NCBI GenBank assembly: GCA_030141605.1
Contig: JAQGDQ010000476.1
Coordinates: 108,589 to 172,588 of the forward strand
Source of the DNA: Tubiluchus corallicola
Taxonomy: Eukaryota > Animalia > Priapulida
Length of the DNA stretch: 64,000 nt
Direction: 5' to 3'
Within the stretch, counting starts at the first letter, position 1, and each line of letters begins with the position of its first letter. Under the pieces are notes generated by a model. The model did not search any database and had not been told where the DNA came from. It worked only from the letters and a program-made list of their open reading frames with translations. Shown in pieces: positions 38,307 through 51,386 of the stretch. A program made the position numbers and the translations under genes.

Positions 38307-41300
38307 CTAACTGTAATCACATGCACACTCGGGAGGATTGCAACACGGCTGCACTTTTTTGTCAGTTTTTGTTCCACCAAGTTCTAGAGACGGTTTTGCA
38401 TCTAACAATGACTTCTCGTGCTTTTCTAAAATCTTCTTTACGGCATTCATTAAGGTAGCATCTACGGACAATGGCCAGTTTTCGCCTGGATCTTCATCGA
38501 GATTGAAAATAATTGGGGGATCATGTGCAGTAACGTAGTCACCGTAACAGTCAGCATAAATGCAGCAACTCAGTGCAGCCGTATCATTTGCAAAACCTCC
38601 TCTGCAAGTTTCGTCAAAATATTCAGAAGAGATCAGAGGGGTTGTGTAGAAATGCACCTTGTAGTAGTTGTATCTCAGTGCAAACAGTCTATCACTGCAG
38701 TAGTAGTAAGTCACAATGTGAGGAGTGGTAGTAGAACCATGAAGAAGGACATCTATTATATTTTTGCCTAAACACAGAGTAAAACAAGTCATTAATGTAA
38801 TGATTTAATTTAGAATAAATGAATTTGACAATGGGCTGTTTCTTTTTGTTGCTATCATACAAATTCAACACATAGTGTCATTTAGAAATTTCCAATCATT
38901 ACAAGTTGGAATAAAAATGTGCTACAAAAAAAGTTAAATACTTCTTGAAGGCTGGTAACATGGGGTACTTACCAACAAAATGGAAACCTTAAAAACAGCA
39001 TGTAGTGCATTTTTCATTAACATGTCAAGCTTGTTACTTTTAGTTATAAGAGTGTATTATAATCGACAAAAGAAAGTAAGACAATGGAAGGGGTGTGGCT
39101 GATATTCAACTAAACTTTTATGAGTTTTGGTTTACATTAAGTTCTGAATTTAATAGTAGCAAATGAATTGTTTCTACTGTAGTGCATTGGAAATATTTTA
39201 TGAAGCATTAAAAAAATTTACTTACCATCTATAGTGATATTATCCGGGATGGTAACACCAGCCAAGTCTAACAAAGTTGGAAATATGTCCATTGTATTGA
39301 CTACAGTTGATGATACCTGACCAGGAGTAATTTTTCCTGGCCACCACGCAATAGCTGGTACTACAAATCCGCCTTCCCATGACTGTCCTTTGCCGCCTGA
39401 AGGAAAACCATATGACATGAATTTGCTTAGCCCACAAAATAATATAAGCAGACAACACAAAAATATATGCAGTATGTTTTAAACAGATCATTCTTAACCC
39501 AATAATTTCAAACTTGGTCAAATATGAGCGAAAAAACTTGTACAATGCAACCCGGACTCAATTAGCAAAAAACAGTCCTAGATTTTAAAAAATTATCACG
39601 TGTTATTTTTCTACATTACATAAATCTTTTTCTAGTGTAACAGTACCAGAATTTTCACACTGAACTTTAGTCAGTATTGTGTCAACTTTCTATTTCTATC
39701 AGTAAACTAATGAGTAGAAAATTGTAGTACACTCATAATGCAAGTTATTTCAGTATTTCTAGCATTTTTCTCGCAAGAAGCTCATCAGATGTGCCCACTT
39801 TATACTAGCCATTGCAGGTCGGCTGGCTTGTCGTGCTACGTATTGGCTCAAAGAAGATGTCTGCATGCAAGATTTATATGCTAAACATAGAAAATTTATT
39901 ATGATCAACTAGTCAGAATCACTTGCAGTTGTAATGTCAGCATGATATTATACATCAAACAGGAAAATCGGAAAGGGTGAGAAGGAATTTGAAGTGAGTA
40001 CTGTGTACTGAAGGCTTTATGCTTTTGTGATGTCAGATGGATTAGAAAATAAATGGTGATTGGTGGTATCCTGCCACTGATAGCTTGAGTTCCATCAAGT
40101 TGGAAACAATGCTCAGGTTGCTGCAATCAAGAGAAACTGGGTGGATGTCTTACACGATGAGTAGAACATGAGCATTTTACTGGAACCGAGTTCTGTTGCA
40201 TAAAATTGTGATAAGTTACATCGTAAGCTTGCTTCTATTGACTGAATATACTCGCGATTAGCCACATACCTAGGGGAATTATGGTCAATCTAAGCTTGAT
40301 TTTAAGCAACGAATGAAATTTGGTTCCATTAGCACAGTTACATTAACAAACTATTTACCCTATTAATTTAAAACCAAATAGCCCACAAATGCATTCACAT
40401 GATGTTGTTATCATTTAAATGGCGTTCCCAAGTCTATGCTGCTATGTAAATAGTTCACTTCAAAGAATTTGTTACTTAAGATCAGAAGTTATGCCTATTA
40501 CTGTTTCTTTTCTGTTTCAACAACAAGGTATTATATCTGCATCCATCTTGTTTGGTACGATGTGATTTGTGCAGACAGAACACTTCGGTGAAGAAAAAAA
40601 TTGCACAATAAAATATTATGTTTGTGTGAACGAACTTTCAGCTCTATGTTCATATGTGAATGTAGCTTATATGTAAGCCAAGCAGGGTTCAGTTTCACAA
40701 AACCATCACTAAGTTAGCAACGTCATTATTACATTAACTAAACTATTAATAACAACATCGTTAATTTAGTGATGGTTTTGTGAAACTGGGCCTTGGTCTC
40801 ACAAACAACTCATGAGCTTGCCTTTTAGAATGCCCGCTGTGCCACCTTCGCGACAGAGCTCTACTGCCGGACCATTGTCAGAAACGAACAGCACTAAAGT
40901 ATTATCAACAATTTTCAGATCTGCAATCAAGTCCAGTATTTCACCGACAACTGAAGCCAACTCCTGGATGTTGTCACCGTAAATACCTAAAAAAGGATGG
41001 AAAGACCAAAAGATTTTACTCAGCATACTAATTTGACTACTGACACGCAGCACACAAGTGGGTGAATGCAGAGAAATCTACTGACACAATGTGTTACAAA
41101 ATATATCATTTACACTGATATCATATATCAAATGACACCAAATAGTGCATTTCAGTATTGATGGAAGGCCTATATCACACATTTGGATGTCTGTACATTT
41201 TTAATATCAAGGCAAGGACTACTATACACAGGACGTGCACGCTCAGATCTCTGATTCCGCCAGCGGAGGCGATCAATACTTGTATGAACGTAATCTATAA

Positions 41301-44300
41301 ATAGTGCGCTTTAGAGAGTAGTGATCTTGGAAATTAAAGAATGGGCGGATCGGTAGATAGCGAGTATTATTTTTCATTTAATTGGTTCTTTACATTACGG
41401 GAGAAAAGTACCAATTGTTTATTTTATGTATCAAAGGAAATTAGTGTTCATTTTTACTTCTTAAATAGCGCACTACTTTAGGCGTAAGTGCGTTTTACCG
41501 GAAGTAGTGCTTTGTCATTGTTAATGTGTCATTGTTCAAAGTCAAGTGAAGCGTTGTTTTCGTGCTTGCGTTTGTTTCTTTGTGGATTATTTCAAAATTT
41601 CTCTTGGATTTTATACATCTGTGCTCAGCAGAATGCCTAACAAGTGTGGTGTTGTAATATGCAAAGGTAACTATGACACGGAGAACAAGTGTCGTGTGTT
41701 CAGACTGCCAAGAGATCATGTAGAAAAACAGAAATGGCTAAGTGTTCTTCCCCCACGCGAAGGCTTTGTTGTTGATCCAACGAAATTTTTCATTTGCGAA
41801 AAGCATTGGCCATCGGATACTCAAATGGTCAAAATTCCAGGTGGTCACACCAGGCCAGTGGATCCACCCAGTATTTTCAACGTTCCAACATCATGCTTGC
41901 CCACTCCAAAGCCACCACCTCGCCCTCCAAAAACTGAGGACCAGCAGCTGAATTATTTCTTTAAAAAGGATAAAATAACTTCTCTCAATGAATTCACTCC
42001 TGAGAAAGACCTGCATAAGACGTATCAGAACCTCATTATATCTCGCACACAAGACAAATTTGTGTGCATGTTCATGGAAGAGGACCACAGTCAATGTTAT
42101 ATGTCAATTATTGTTCACAATAAGCCTACCTTGTGAAGGAGGCTGCTACAGTGGTTGAGAATTCAGGAGGAACTGTTTTAGGGTCCATGACGGACAACCA
42201 CAAGATTAACCAACAATACTGCAAATTGTTTACCAGACGAACAGACTGGGAGGCTGAACATCCCCTGGAAAATACACGAGTGTGGTTCCTGTTGTATGAT
42301 ACCGTCCACATTCTGAAATGTATCAGGAACAACTGGATCACGGAGAAATGTCAGAGATTATCGTTTGACAAGAAAACTGTTGGCTCATTTGCTGAAGTAA
42401 AAAGTCTTTACAAAGCTGAGAAAGACAATGTGCTGAAGTCAACACCTTTGACATATTCTGCAGTCTTCCCATCGAAACTTCAGCTCCAGAATGTGCAACA
42501 TGTCCTGAGGGTGTTCAACGATCGTGACTTTGCATCGCTGAGACTTCGAGGAGCCCAGGACACGGCAGAATTCATTCAGCAAGTGCTACGCTGGTGGAAT
42601 GTGGTAAATGTTTCTGCCAGAGGTCAAGACACGAGGATGAGAGACCCTGATCGATCTGTTCAACAAGATACATCTGATACTCTTCAGTCGTTGTTGACTC
42701 TGTTTAAGCAAACCGAATCAGGACACGGACCAAATAGAATTGAATGCCTGACACATGATACGCGAAAAGCTTTGATTCAGACCACGGAGGGACTCCTCGC
42801 AATCTGTAGGCACTTGCTTTCTGTTGGATTTCACTACGTATTATTGCATGAACTTCAGAGTGACAGAATAGAGAGTGAGTTCTCAGTTTACAGGCAGTCA
42901 AGGGGGGCCAATGCATTCATGCAAGCTGGAGATGTCTGTTCAGCATTCAAGCGGAGACTGGCACGTTTCTCTGCATCATTCCTGGAGTTTGTGGACACAG
43001 ACACATCATCCGAAATCCAGTTGCACACATGCAATGGGATTGATTTCGAGGAGGCCAAAATTATGGAGATTTGTGTTGACGAGACTCTTTCCAAAACTGA
43101 ACTGAACGCGTGTGTATATGTCGCAGGTTGGTTGGAGAGTAAGTGCCAAAATGACATTTCTTTTCCCGAGGATGAGCCTCTCCTTTCTGAGGAAATGAAA
43201 ATGTTCATTGACGAAGTGTCTAGGGGAGGTCTTACAGTGCCCCACACATTCACGTTCGAATTCGTAACAACTGGCTTGTGTTTTGTGAAGAAGTCAACTC
43301 ACACAGTCTGCTGCCGCAACAAGCTCATGAACATCCTCTCCATAATCAATGCCTACTTTGATTTTGGAGAATTTTCAAGAAATGCTCTGAGACGCCTGGC
43401 GAATGTACTGCTGCATGGACTACACAATTTGGAGAAGGATCACCAGCAGAACTCAGCCCTTTACCAGACCTCCATTAAGAAGGCGCGACTAGCCGACTAA
43501 TTGTCGCAAACATCTCTGCAAAATGATGAGTGCAATAATTTCATGTATTCTAATTTACACAGAGGAACCTATGAATGAGTTTATATAGTCCTGACAAAAT
43601 GGTGCAGTCTGTTTATTCTCTATAGAAAGTGACAGGTAATCTTCGGGACACAATGAGTTGCAGATATGGTGTGTTTTTTTGGGGGGGATATCATAGGTAC
43701 CATTGTTTTTAAATTACTAGATGAATGAGGAATATGTTCTATGTGTATTGTGGCATGCTATAGGTCACCATGGGGGGTAAATATGTCCAAATTATTAGCA
43801 CTAAATGTTAAAAATAGATCGCCTCCGCAAGCCAATTCAGAGATCTGAGCATGCACGTCCTGTTGTATAGTAGTCCTTGTATCAAGGATATTTCATTATC
43901 ACAAATTATAATAAGCATCTGAGAAGTGCTACAGCCGTTTATTTTTTTCAGAAACGTTATCCCCAGAAAGAGTCGAACCATTAGCCATTCGTGCAAAGTA
44001 TGCTGGCCTCATCACTCTGCTATACGTATAACCTCGCCATGTTGATTACATTACTTCAGGAAGTCAAAGCTAAAAACTGCCATCGTCATTTAGTACACAA
44101 AAGGTTTTTAGGACATGAGAAAATCCACCAGCAGACTAAGAGCACACGTCAAGTGATACAAACTTTACATAATTTACATATGCTCCATTCTCCAGTTAGA
44201 CCTTGTTGAAGCCTATTCAGCTGAGTAATGTTTGCATGTGTTTATTGTTTCTCGATAAATACATAATTTATCAGTGTGTATTAATAAGTCACCACTTTAC

Positions 44301-47293
44301 CTCTTTTAGAGGAGTTTCTAAACTGTGGCATCACTGTAAGGTCTGCATGAGTTTGGGTCAGTCCATAGTACAAAAAGAACGGTTTATCAGTGGTTTTTGC
44401 TGCATTTGTTATAAAATGTTTGGCATCACTGATAAGATACCCAGTCATATCTTCAAGTTCAATAGGTTGCTGGATGATGCTGCTGTTGTAGTAAAGAAAA
44501 CATTTTAATGGATCTGGGTGTGGTATGTGAATCTGCAAAAAAAAATAATTCGTATGCAACGTAACTTTTAAAATAGTAGCTTATAGTGTGAATAATCAAA
44601 TGAACAATGATGTTTAGGTCAAAGGGCATTCAAGGGCTGATTAAGTTCCAAGCAAATCAAGAACAGAATGCCCTATAGAGAAATTTATTGGACTAGCTAA
44701 GATGATGAAAGGTACAGATTAATTTAATGTTAGATACGAAATATGTCCCGCTGATACTGTAGTTTGAGGACAGCTTGCTGGGATACCTAGCTTTGAACTA
44801 ACTAATGGGTAGCAAGGAAAAAAATACCAACTCACTAAATTGGTTGCTTGCAAAATTTAAAAGATATTTTCAAGGAAATCAACTAATTTAGGTTTTCTTG
44901 CAAAAAAGGAAATTTAAAAAATTTTCAAAAAAGAAATTGATAAAGCACGACATTTCAGAACACAACTGTCTACAGCTGTTTTATCTGCAAGCAGAAGAAA
45001 AAGAAAAAAGCATAAAAAGTTGTTAAAATACAATACAATATTTTTTGGATATTTTTAAATTTATAACCTAACTATAAAGTAAGTACAACCATTAATTAAG
45101 CATGATTGGACTTTGTACAGTACAGAAAACACTACAAGGAAAAAACCCACAAAATGAAACTAATAATACAATAGGGAGAATAGCAATTATTAGCAATACA
45201 TTTTTTGCACTTTTTGTGTTTTTTCGATACTGGATTTTCTGTGCTGTGTAGTTTTTACTTAATTAAGGATAAACATGACCATAGATATAAATTATAAAAC
45301 CCAAAATGTTAATACTTGTGTTTTTCTTTTTTTCCATTCAGCTATACACGGTAAACAGAAATGTAATGAAATGTTGTATCTTTGAATTTTCTTATTGAGG
45401 AATTTCGTTCCTAATTAATTGCTACAATATTCGTCATTGAGAATTATTTCAATGCTATAACCAGAGGAAAGTTTCTGCTAGCAAAAGAAACTTCGATAAC
45501 TAAACCGGTTATGACATCTATTTATGATGCCTTGACACACAACTGACCAAAAGAAGGATATAGTAAGCTAGATCGTTGGATGGCGATTTTTTCTCCACCA
45601 ATATGCGGCAAGATGCTCACTTAAAGCTGAGTAGGCCTGGAAAGGCAGCCAGAAAGTTCTGTTTGAGTGGAAAAGGGCTAGCAAAGCCCGACATAAATGG
45701 AATTTGCATACAGAATTTCTGGAAGGGCAACTGAGTGCCATAATCATGCAGTCAAGTCTACCTTCAGCACCCACCAACTAGTGTGATATTAAAAAAAGCC
45801 AACAAACCCCAATTGATTTATAGAGTACGTTAAATGACCATCAACAGTCTTAATGTTCTTCTTTATCATTATTTCTCATAATCACCTTTCCACATGGTGT
45901 ATGCACAGTGAAGGGAAGAGATGTTCCGACCCAGCTGAAACCATGGTGATGGGGCAAGTGATTTCCGTCTGTAGATGTAAACTCGTTAATACCTGAAAAG
46001 TAAAACAGTAGTTAATTACTTGCACCTACAAAATGCCAAGACATTGTACTACTTGTTGTCTATGAAATCACATATAGATTTTAAGAATACCAAATAAAAT
46101 TATTACATTTTGTACTTATTTTTCTTTGACTCTTTGTTGTAATTATACAATTAATACTAAGCAAATACTAAGCAGTAGGCGGTAGAGCAAAAATACACAA
46201 AATGCGCATGATATAAACTTCTCTTATCAGCCTGTCCAACTATCAATTGATACAAGTAGGCACAAGCTCTGAAATAGAGCATAAAAGTACAAACTTAGCA
46301 AATACCTAAATGCCATTTGCCCAGAAACCCAGTATGGTACCCCACATCCTGAAGCAACTCAGCAATGGTCAGCTCTTCCTTGGGAAGCCCAGTTGTACTT
46401 TTTGGATAAAAGACCCTGTCTCTTAATGGATCTGTTTTTACACCAGTTACACCGGAGCGAATTGGTAAACGACCTGTAACAGAAAATTAAATGTAGCTCA
46501 AACTGTCAATGCCTAAAATGAAGTGCCTTTATTAACAATTGCACACCTAATATTTATTTGACCAAATGATATCTTTGTAGCTTTTATACAATGAATAAAT
46601 TAATGGAGAAATAGACTTTTTCATTACCATAGTGGAAAATTGTTGTGTGAAGTAATGTATATTACTACAAGTTTCACTACTACAGCAGTACTTGACTGTT
46701 AAGCCACCAACGTGCCCACCACAGCTAGTAACTTCGACCGAAAGGACAATACTCGGAAACGAGTGAAAGCCGACGACGACGACTTGACTACCATAAAAAA
46801 CAATCAATTAAACACCCCATATTACAGAAGGAAGTGGCGAGCTCGTTTTTAATCTTCGTGCAATAAACTAACAAAAGTGAAGATCATGTAGGAGATGAGT
46901 TTCAAAATAACACACATCATTGCAAAAAGATAAATTAAAGAAGCCTGATAACAAATGAATTGTACTTAAAGAAGTTTCAAACATTTAGAGTCTATAATTA
47001 CCAGTTAGAAGAGCACTTCTGCTGGGAGTGCACAGGCTGTCCGCAGAATACCATTGTGTGAAGCGCATGCCTTCAGTGGCCATACGATCAATCCTATTCC
47101 ATTCTTGTGTTGGATGGCCATAGGAAGAGAGATCTCCATATCCGAGATCATCGGCAAAAAGTATAATGAAATTTGGACGAGTATGAACATTGGGTTTTGA
47201 TGAACAGCCAACACCATTTTCGCAGTTGCCTTCAGATGTTGCAGTGGCAATTATACAGAGAAGTAGCAGAAAAATCCAAAGCATAATACTCAT
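38307..47293 (-). CDS. Arylsulfatase (formylglycine-dependent S1 sulfatase), 531 aa; exons 47293-47002, 46473-46306, 45992-45886, 44532-44301, 40986-40822, 39396-39226, 38767-38307
   Basis: Signal peptide; [15 protein letters not shown]; [13 protein letters not shown]|RLP (CxPSR active site); GKWHLG; SDNG; [10 protein letters not shown]; DPGENWPL; phases match and total 1596 nt; intron 5 is GC-AG. Confidence 0.95.
40685..40793. mobile_element. ~110-bp hairpin MITE (PIF/Harbinger-like ends) in arylsulfatase intron 5
   Basis: cagtttcacaaaaccatcactaa perfectly inverted as ttagtgatggttttgtgaaactg; imperfect pairing extends further. Confidence 0.8.
41633..42136 (+). CDS. THAP zinc-finger N-terminal part of P transposase (truncated, 167 aa)
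   Basis: [14 protein letters not shown]...FRLP....KWL...FFICEKHW C2CH THAP signature, followed by PSIF (AVPTIF-like box). Confidence 0.85.
   Translation: MPNKCGVVICKGNYDTENKCRVFRLPRDHVEKQKWLSVLPPREGFVVDPTKFFICEKHWPSDTQMVKIPGGHTRPVDPPSIFNVPTSCLPTPKPPPRPPKTEDQQLNYFFKKDKITSLNEFTPEKDLHKTYQNLIISRTQDKFVCMFMEEDHSQCYMSIIVHNKPTL
42133..43500 (+). pseudogene. P-element/THAP9-like transposase C-terminal part, out of frame with the THAP ORF
   Basis: GSMTDN (second catalytic Asp), [14 protein letters not shown] (DxxH motif), [15 protein letters not shown] (catalytic Glu), YVAGW and SRGGLTVP motifs; region holding the first catalytic Asp not seen. Confidence 0.85.
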
Positions 47294-47629
47294 TCTGGAC
47301 CTAGAATAAATTTGTATGTATTTAGTTTTTCATTCTGATAAAAATGTTTAACATTGTTTTAAATGTTTGTTCAAGCTTTTACTGCCAAACAAACTAAAGT
47401 TTAAAGTTACATACCAGTGACACACAGGCATACTGGTCGATTTTTAGAAAATAGACTGACTATGGCTGAGAAGGATACAAACATAGCTTGATACTAAAAT
47501 CAAGTAGACAAACTCAGGAACGTGTATTTTTAATACTTTAAGTGTCTCACTCTACAGATACTAATAAAATACTTAAAGAGTATACAGATACCACAGTAAT
47601 TGTAAGTAGTAACTAAAGCCAAAGTTCTG

Positions 47630-47845
47630 ACAGAAATCCATTTTACATTATGGATGCGAATTTTGCAACAGAAGGCATTAGAATAACATTAGTTGATGTT
47701 TATGTGCACCACATAATAGAAAAGAGCTTCTCCAAATCAAGAAAACCAGTGCCAAGGTCCCGCAATAAATACAGAACTCAATCTTTCTTCTCAAAATTGG
47801 CACTTATAAAAAATTACTGACAAGACTTCAACACAACATCGTTGT
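47630..47845 (+). mobile_element. Possible LINE AP-endonuclease relic
   Basis: Peptides IRITLVDVYV (cf. TLVNVYAP) and QDFNTT (cf. GDFN) in broken frames. Confidence 0.3.
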
Positions 47846-49852
47846 TTGCAGTACGTTAATGTTAGCTGATTGCAATAGAGGTACATCATTTTCCTGGAAT
47901 GAAACAGTAAGTTTATTAAATTCTTTGCAGTATTGATTATCGAATTCTTTATAAGATTACATTTATTAATTAAATACTTGGAGTAAAAGTCAATAAAAAG
48001 TTACTAAGGATAAAAAATGGTCAAGTCAAACAGGTTTTTAAATTACAAAAATAGGTAAAACAATGATCATAATTTTTAATTATTATAATTGATAAATTGT
48101 GCATTTTAGCAACACTGAAATGAATACTAGACAAGTCTTACCTCAAAAGAATCATAGATATTTATATGATCTGGCGATCATTGAGAGAGAACACAATAAA
48201 TATGTAAATAAAAAAACATGATCACGAATATGCTAGATTAGTAAATAAGTAACAAAAAGCTTTGGACTCGTGTTTATGGAAAAGCCTGCAGGCACTTTGG
48301 AATTTTTCCGTGTGATCACCAAATCTTAGATAATTTTGCAACAATTACGTTAAATGAGAGCCACTTGCGCTGACGACACTGGATTACTTGAAGTAATTAT
48401 AACTTTATCATGTCACATCACATCCAATGTAAGCATAAATTCACTCTAAAAATTACTTTCATTGTTACAGTACACTTTGTTTTATAAAAAATAGTTAAAG
48501 TGAGCTACAATTCTCAACAAAAAAAATTAATATTTTATATTAACAAAACAGATTTTTGTAATATAAAAATATGGAATACTTGCATAATATACAGCACTGA
48601 ATGACAGAGTTAAAATTATCACTTTTTATCACAGATTTAAAAACAAAGAAGTAGTATAAAAAAGCTTGTGGATCTATATTATAAATGCTCTATACATGTT
48701 AACATACAAAGGATAATTATCATTACAATAAAATATTTTTAAATAAATGCATTACAAGCACAAAAGAGAAAACATCACATAAGAATACAATAAAGTTAAA
48801 AAAAGGACTGTTAATGCAAAAATTGTCAGCAGATCATCACTCATGAGTATATAATAACACAGCAAACAGAATGGCTATTGGTAAGCAAATATTCCCAAAA
48901 GCTCAGCTGAGCTGAAATGATGGTGGTAACCTAGTTGTTAACAGACTATAGATAAGAGGTTACCCGATGCCATGAATCCAAAGGTGCAAAAATTGTGTTG
49001 GTTACCTCATAATGAGAAAACTGCAAAATTTTGTATTACATAAACGAGAACGAAAACAACACGACAAAATAAATGGTTCTACGGAGTTATTCACAAGTGA
49101 TACCATACGCATATACGATAATGACACATGATATATATATTCAAATATTCCTATTCAAAGAACAAATAATGTATCACTGGTTAACATTTTTAATTACAGA
49201 GAGACTTGTTGTGATTGATATCATGCCGTATAAACAATAAATGTTTGTCTAGGTACTCTAGAATGTGAAAATTTGCAGTTGGAATAAAAGAAGTAGAAAA
49301 ACACAGCGTGTATACATAACTTTCATTAAAACACTATTGCGCTGTGTAGTGCAGGATAAATGTGTGCTTAAATGTATGATTACCATACACTGCTTATTCC
49401 ATCCACCATCCAATAATGGGAAGCAGTCATAGTTAATATCAGTTTGAAATCAATTTATAAATCTAAAATCCCAAAAGTGAGATGAAATTGCAAAAATATT
49501 TTTGTTTGTAAATCAAGACTGCATCATGAATGTGCAAATCAATTTAGCAACTAATTTCATTCTGCTGCAGTTGCTGCCGCTACAAACAATCATATGTACA
49601 TGTGATACACAAATACACTGCGCAATACAAGGAAGATTGAAGGAAAAACCGACTTTCGAACAACAACATGCATCGTACAGGTGTTTTAATGCACACCTAA
49701 AAATGTTGAAATTGCCACACAATTTACACGCTCAAAATGCTTGGCTTAAAAATGCAAAAAATACAATGAGCACAGCAGTAGCATGTCAGCTAATGTTCTA
49801 TGTTTGGGACATACCTAAAAATGACAGTATTGATAATGCAGGTTGAAAAACA

Positions 49853-50374
49853 TCAGGTAGGCCTGTTATCTGAACAACGCACGAGTACAACTGACAGATG
49901 CAATGCTATTCCTGTCAATATAAGGCACACTACAAACTGTGATGCAATTAACCCAGTTAATGCAGAATACATGTCAATTGTATCTTGAAGATGCCGGCAC
50001 GGAACAGAAAGACCAAATTGTACATTGCATCGTTCTTGTTTTGCTTTGATTTCCAGAAGCTCTTTTCTACTGTAACCCACAATTATCACCAAAGTTGCAA
50101 TTGTTACTCCAAGGCTCGCAAAACACAAGAATGTGCAAATAATGCTAGGCCATTTAGTATGGCGAAAACCAGTAAAAACAGCAACTGTGCCAGCTACAGA
50201 AACAACAATACCACTCCATAAACCTTCGCCGGAATTCGAATTTGGCAAACGGCTACAAACAATCACAGAAGCAATCCCAAGCACAATGAGCACACCACCA
50301 AGAATAAGCAGGGGGTACCGTTGCCAAGCCCATTTTTTAATTTCCTTCTGTTCTGATCTGGTAGAAGCCTGCAT
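49853..50374 (-). CDS. CD20/MS4A-like four-transmembrane protein, 173 aa (single coding exon; acceptor at 50442 upstream)
   Basis: Four hydrophobic helices; LGIAS...SGEGLWSGIVVSVAG motif typical of CD20-like TM1-TM2; Cys pair in the second extracellular loop; first in-frame ATG at 50374 after in-frame stops. Confidence 0.75.
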   Translation of the reverse strand: MQASTRSEQKEIKKWAWQRYPLLILGGVLIVLGIASVIVCSRLPNSNSGEGLWSGIVVSVAGTVAVFTGFRHTKWPSIICTFLCFASLGVTIATLVIIVGYSRKELLEIKAKQERCNVQFGLSVPCRHLQDTIDMYSALTGLIASQFVVCLILTGIALHLSVVLVRCSDNRPT

Positions 50375-50954
50375 TGCGTAGGCAGCATTAAGCCTCAATA
50401 CGGTGTGCAGACAAACTGGTTCCTCTTTACAGCGTTATCATCTAAGAAAGCAAAAAATTGAAAAATGACTGTAATTTCCCATTTTAAATTTACTACATGT
50501 TAATTTCAATAAAGTAATGAGTTTTGAACCACTTAACCACGTGCATGGTTGATCAGTTCTGACCAAAACCTTCTTGCCAATAATTGTCAAAGTCTGGAAA
50601 ACTAATTTACAGTTCAATCGGTTGAATTTTAAAGTGATGATTTTTTTGGTCGTTGAAATTCGGTCGTTGGCTGCAGGTGTAGTAATTCATAATCCACGCC
50701 AAATTTATTTTTAAATCAGAAGAAATTCATTTTATTGATAACATTAATAAACGATGGTACAGTAATGATGTAGAAATATCCCAGATGATAAATAATCCCA
50801 TAATAAATCACAGCAAATCACAGACATCACAAGCAACAAGCTGAAGTAACTTATGGATTCACCTTTAACATAATAAATCACAGCAAATCTTACGTACAAA
50901 ATCACACTACAAAATTGGGGAATTTACGTACAACGTGTAGATCTTTGTGTAGTG

Positions 50955-51028
50955 GCGTCATAGAATTAGATGGTGCGTCCTCAGAGAGAAAAGTCTAGGC
51001 GCACGCGCTTTATCTAAATCTATGACGC
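50955..51028. repeat. Short inverted repeat / mini-MITE
   Basis: gcgtcatagaattagat ... atctaaatctatgacgc (16/17). Confidence 0.6.
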
Positions 51029-51386
51029 AGAGTGTTTTTTCACTGTATTTAGTAGTCCCTGGTAACACTGATGTGGGTGACTGGGTGATAGCTCACTGCG
51101 TAATATAGATTACCTAAATACACCTGCGTGCTACATTAACAGTTGATCATTCTCTGCTGTAGTGTACGTTAGGCCCGGGACAGTGATGACTATGGTACTA
51201 ATTGTAAAGCAGGTGCAAGCGTGCAACTGCTGAATTACGAATCCGTCGCAAGAGATTTTTTATGAAACTTATAGTAACGTTCGCAAGTTTTTTTGTTGCA
51301 TTCACTAAATCACCCTACTGTTACACTGTCTCACCTACATAATTTTCATAACACAAACATTTTTACGAATAATTATTATAGTTGTA

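Larger units (their letters stand above)
41213..43879 (+). mobile_element. P-superfamily DNA transposon, 2,667 bp, internally deleted, in arylsulfatase intron 4
   Basis: ~62-bp imperfect TIRs starting CAAGGACTACTATACA; exact 8-bp TSD TATCAAGG (41205-41212 and 43880-43887); THAP and P-transposase ORFs inside. Confidence 0.95.
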
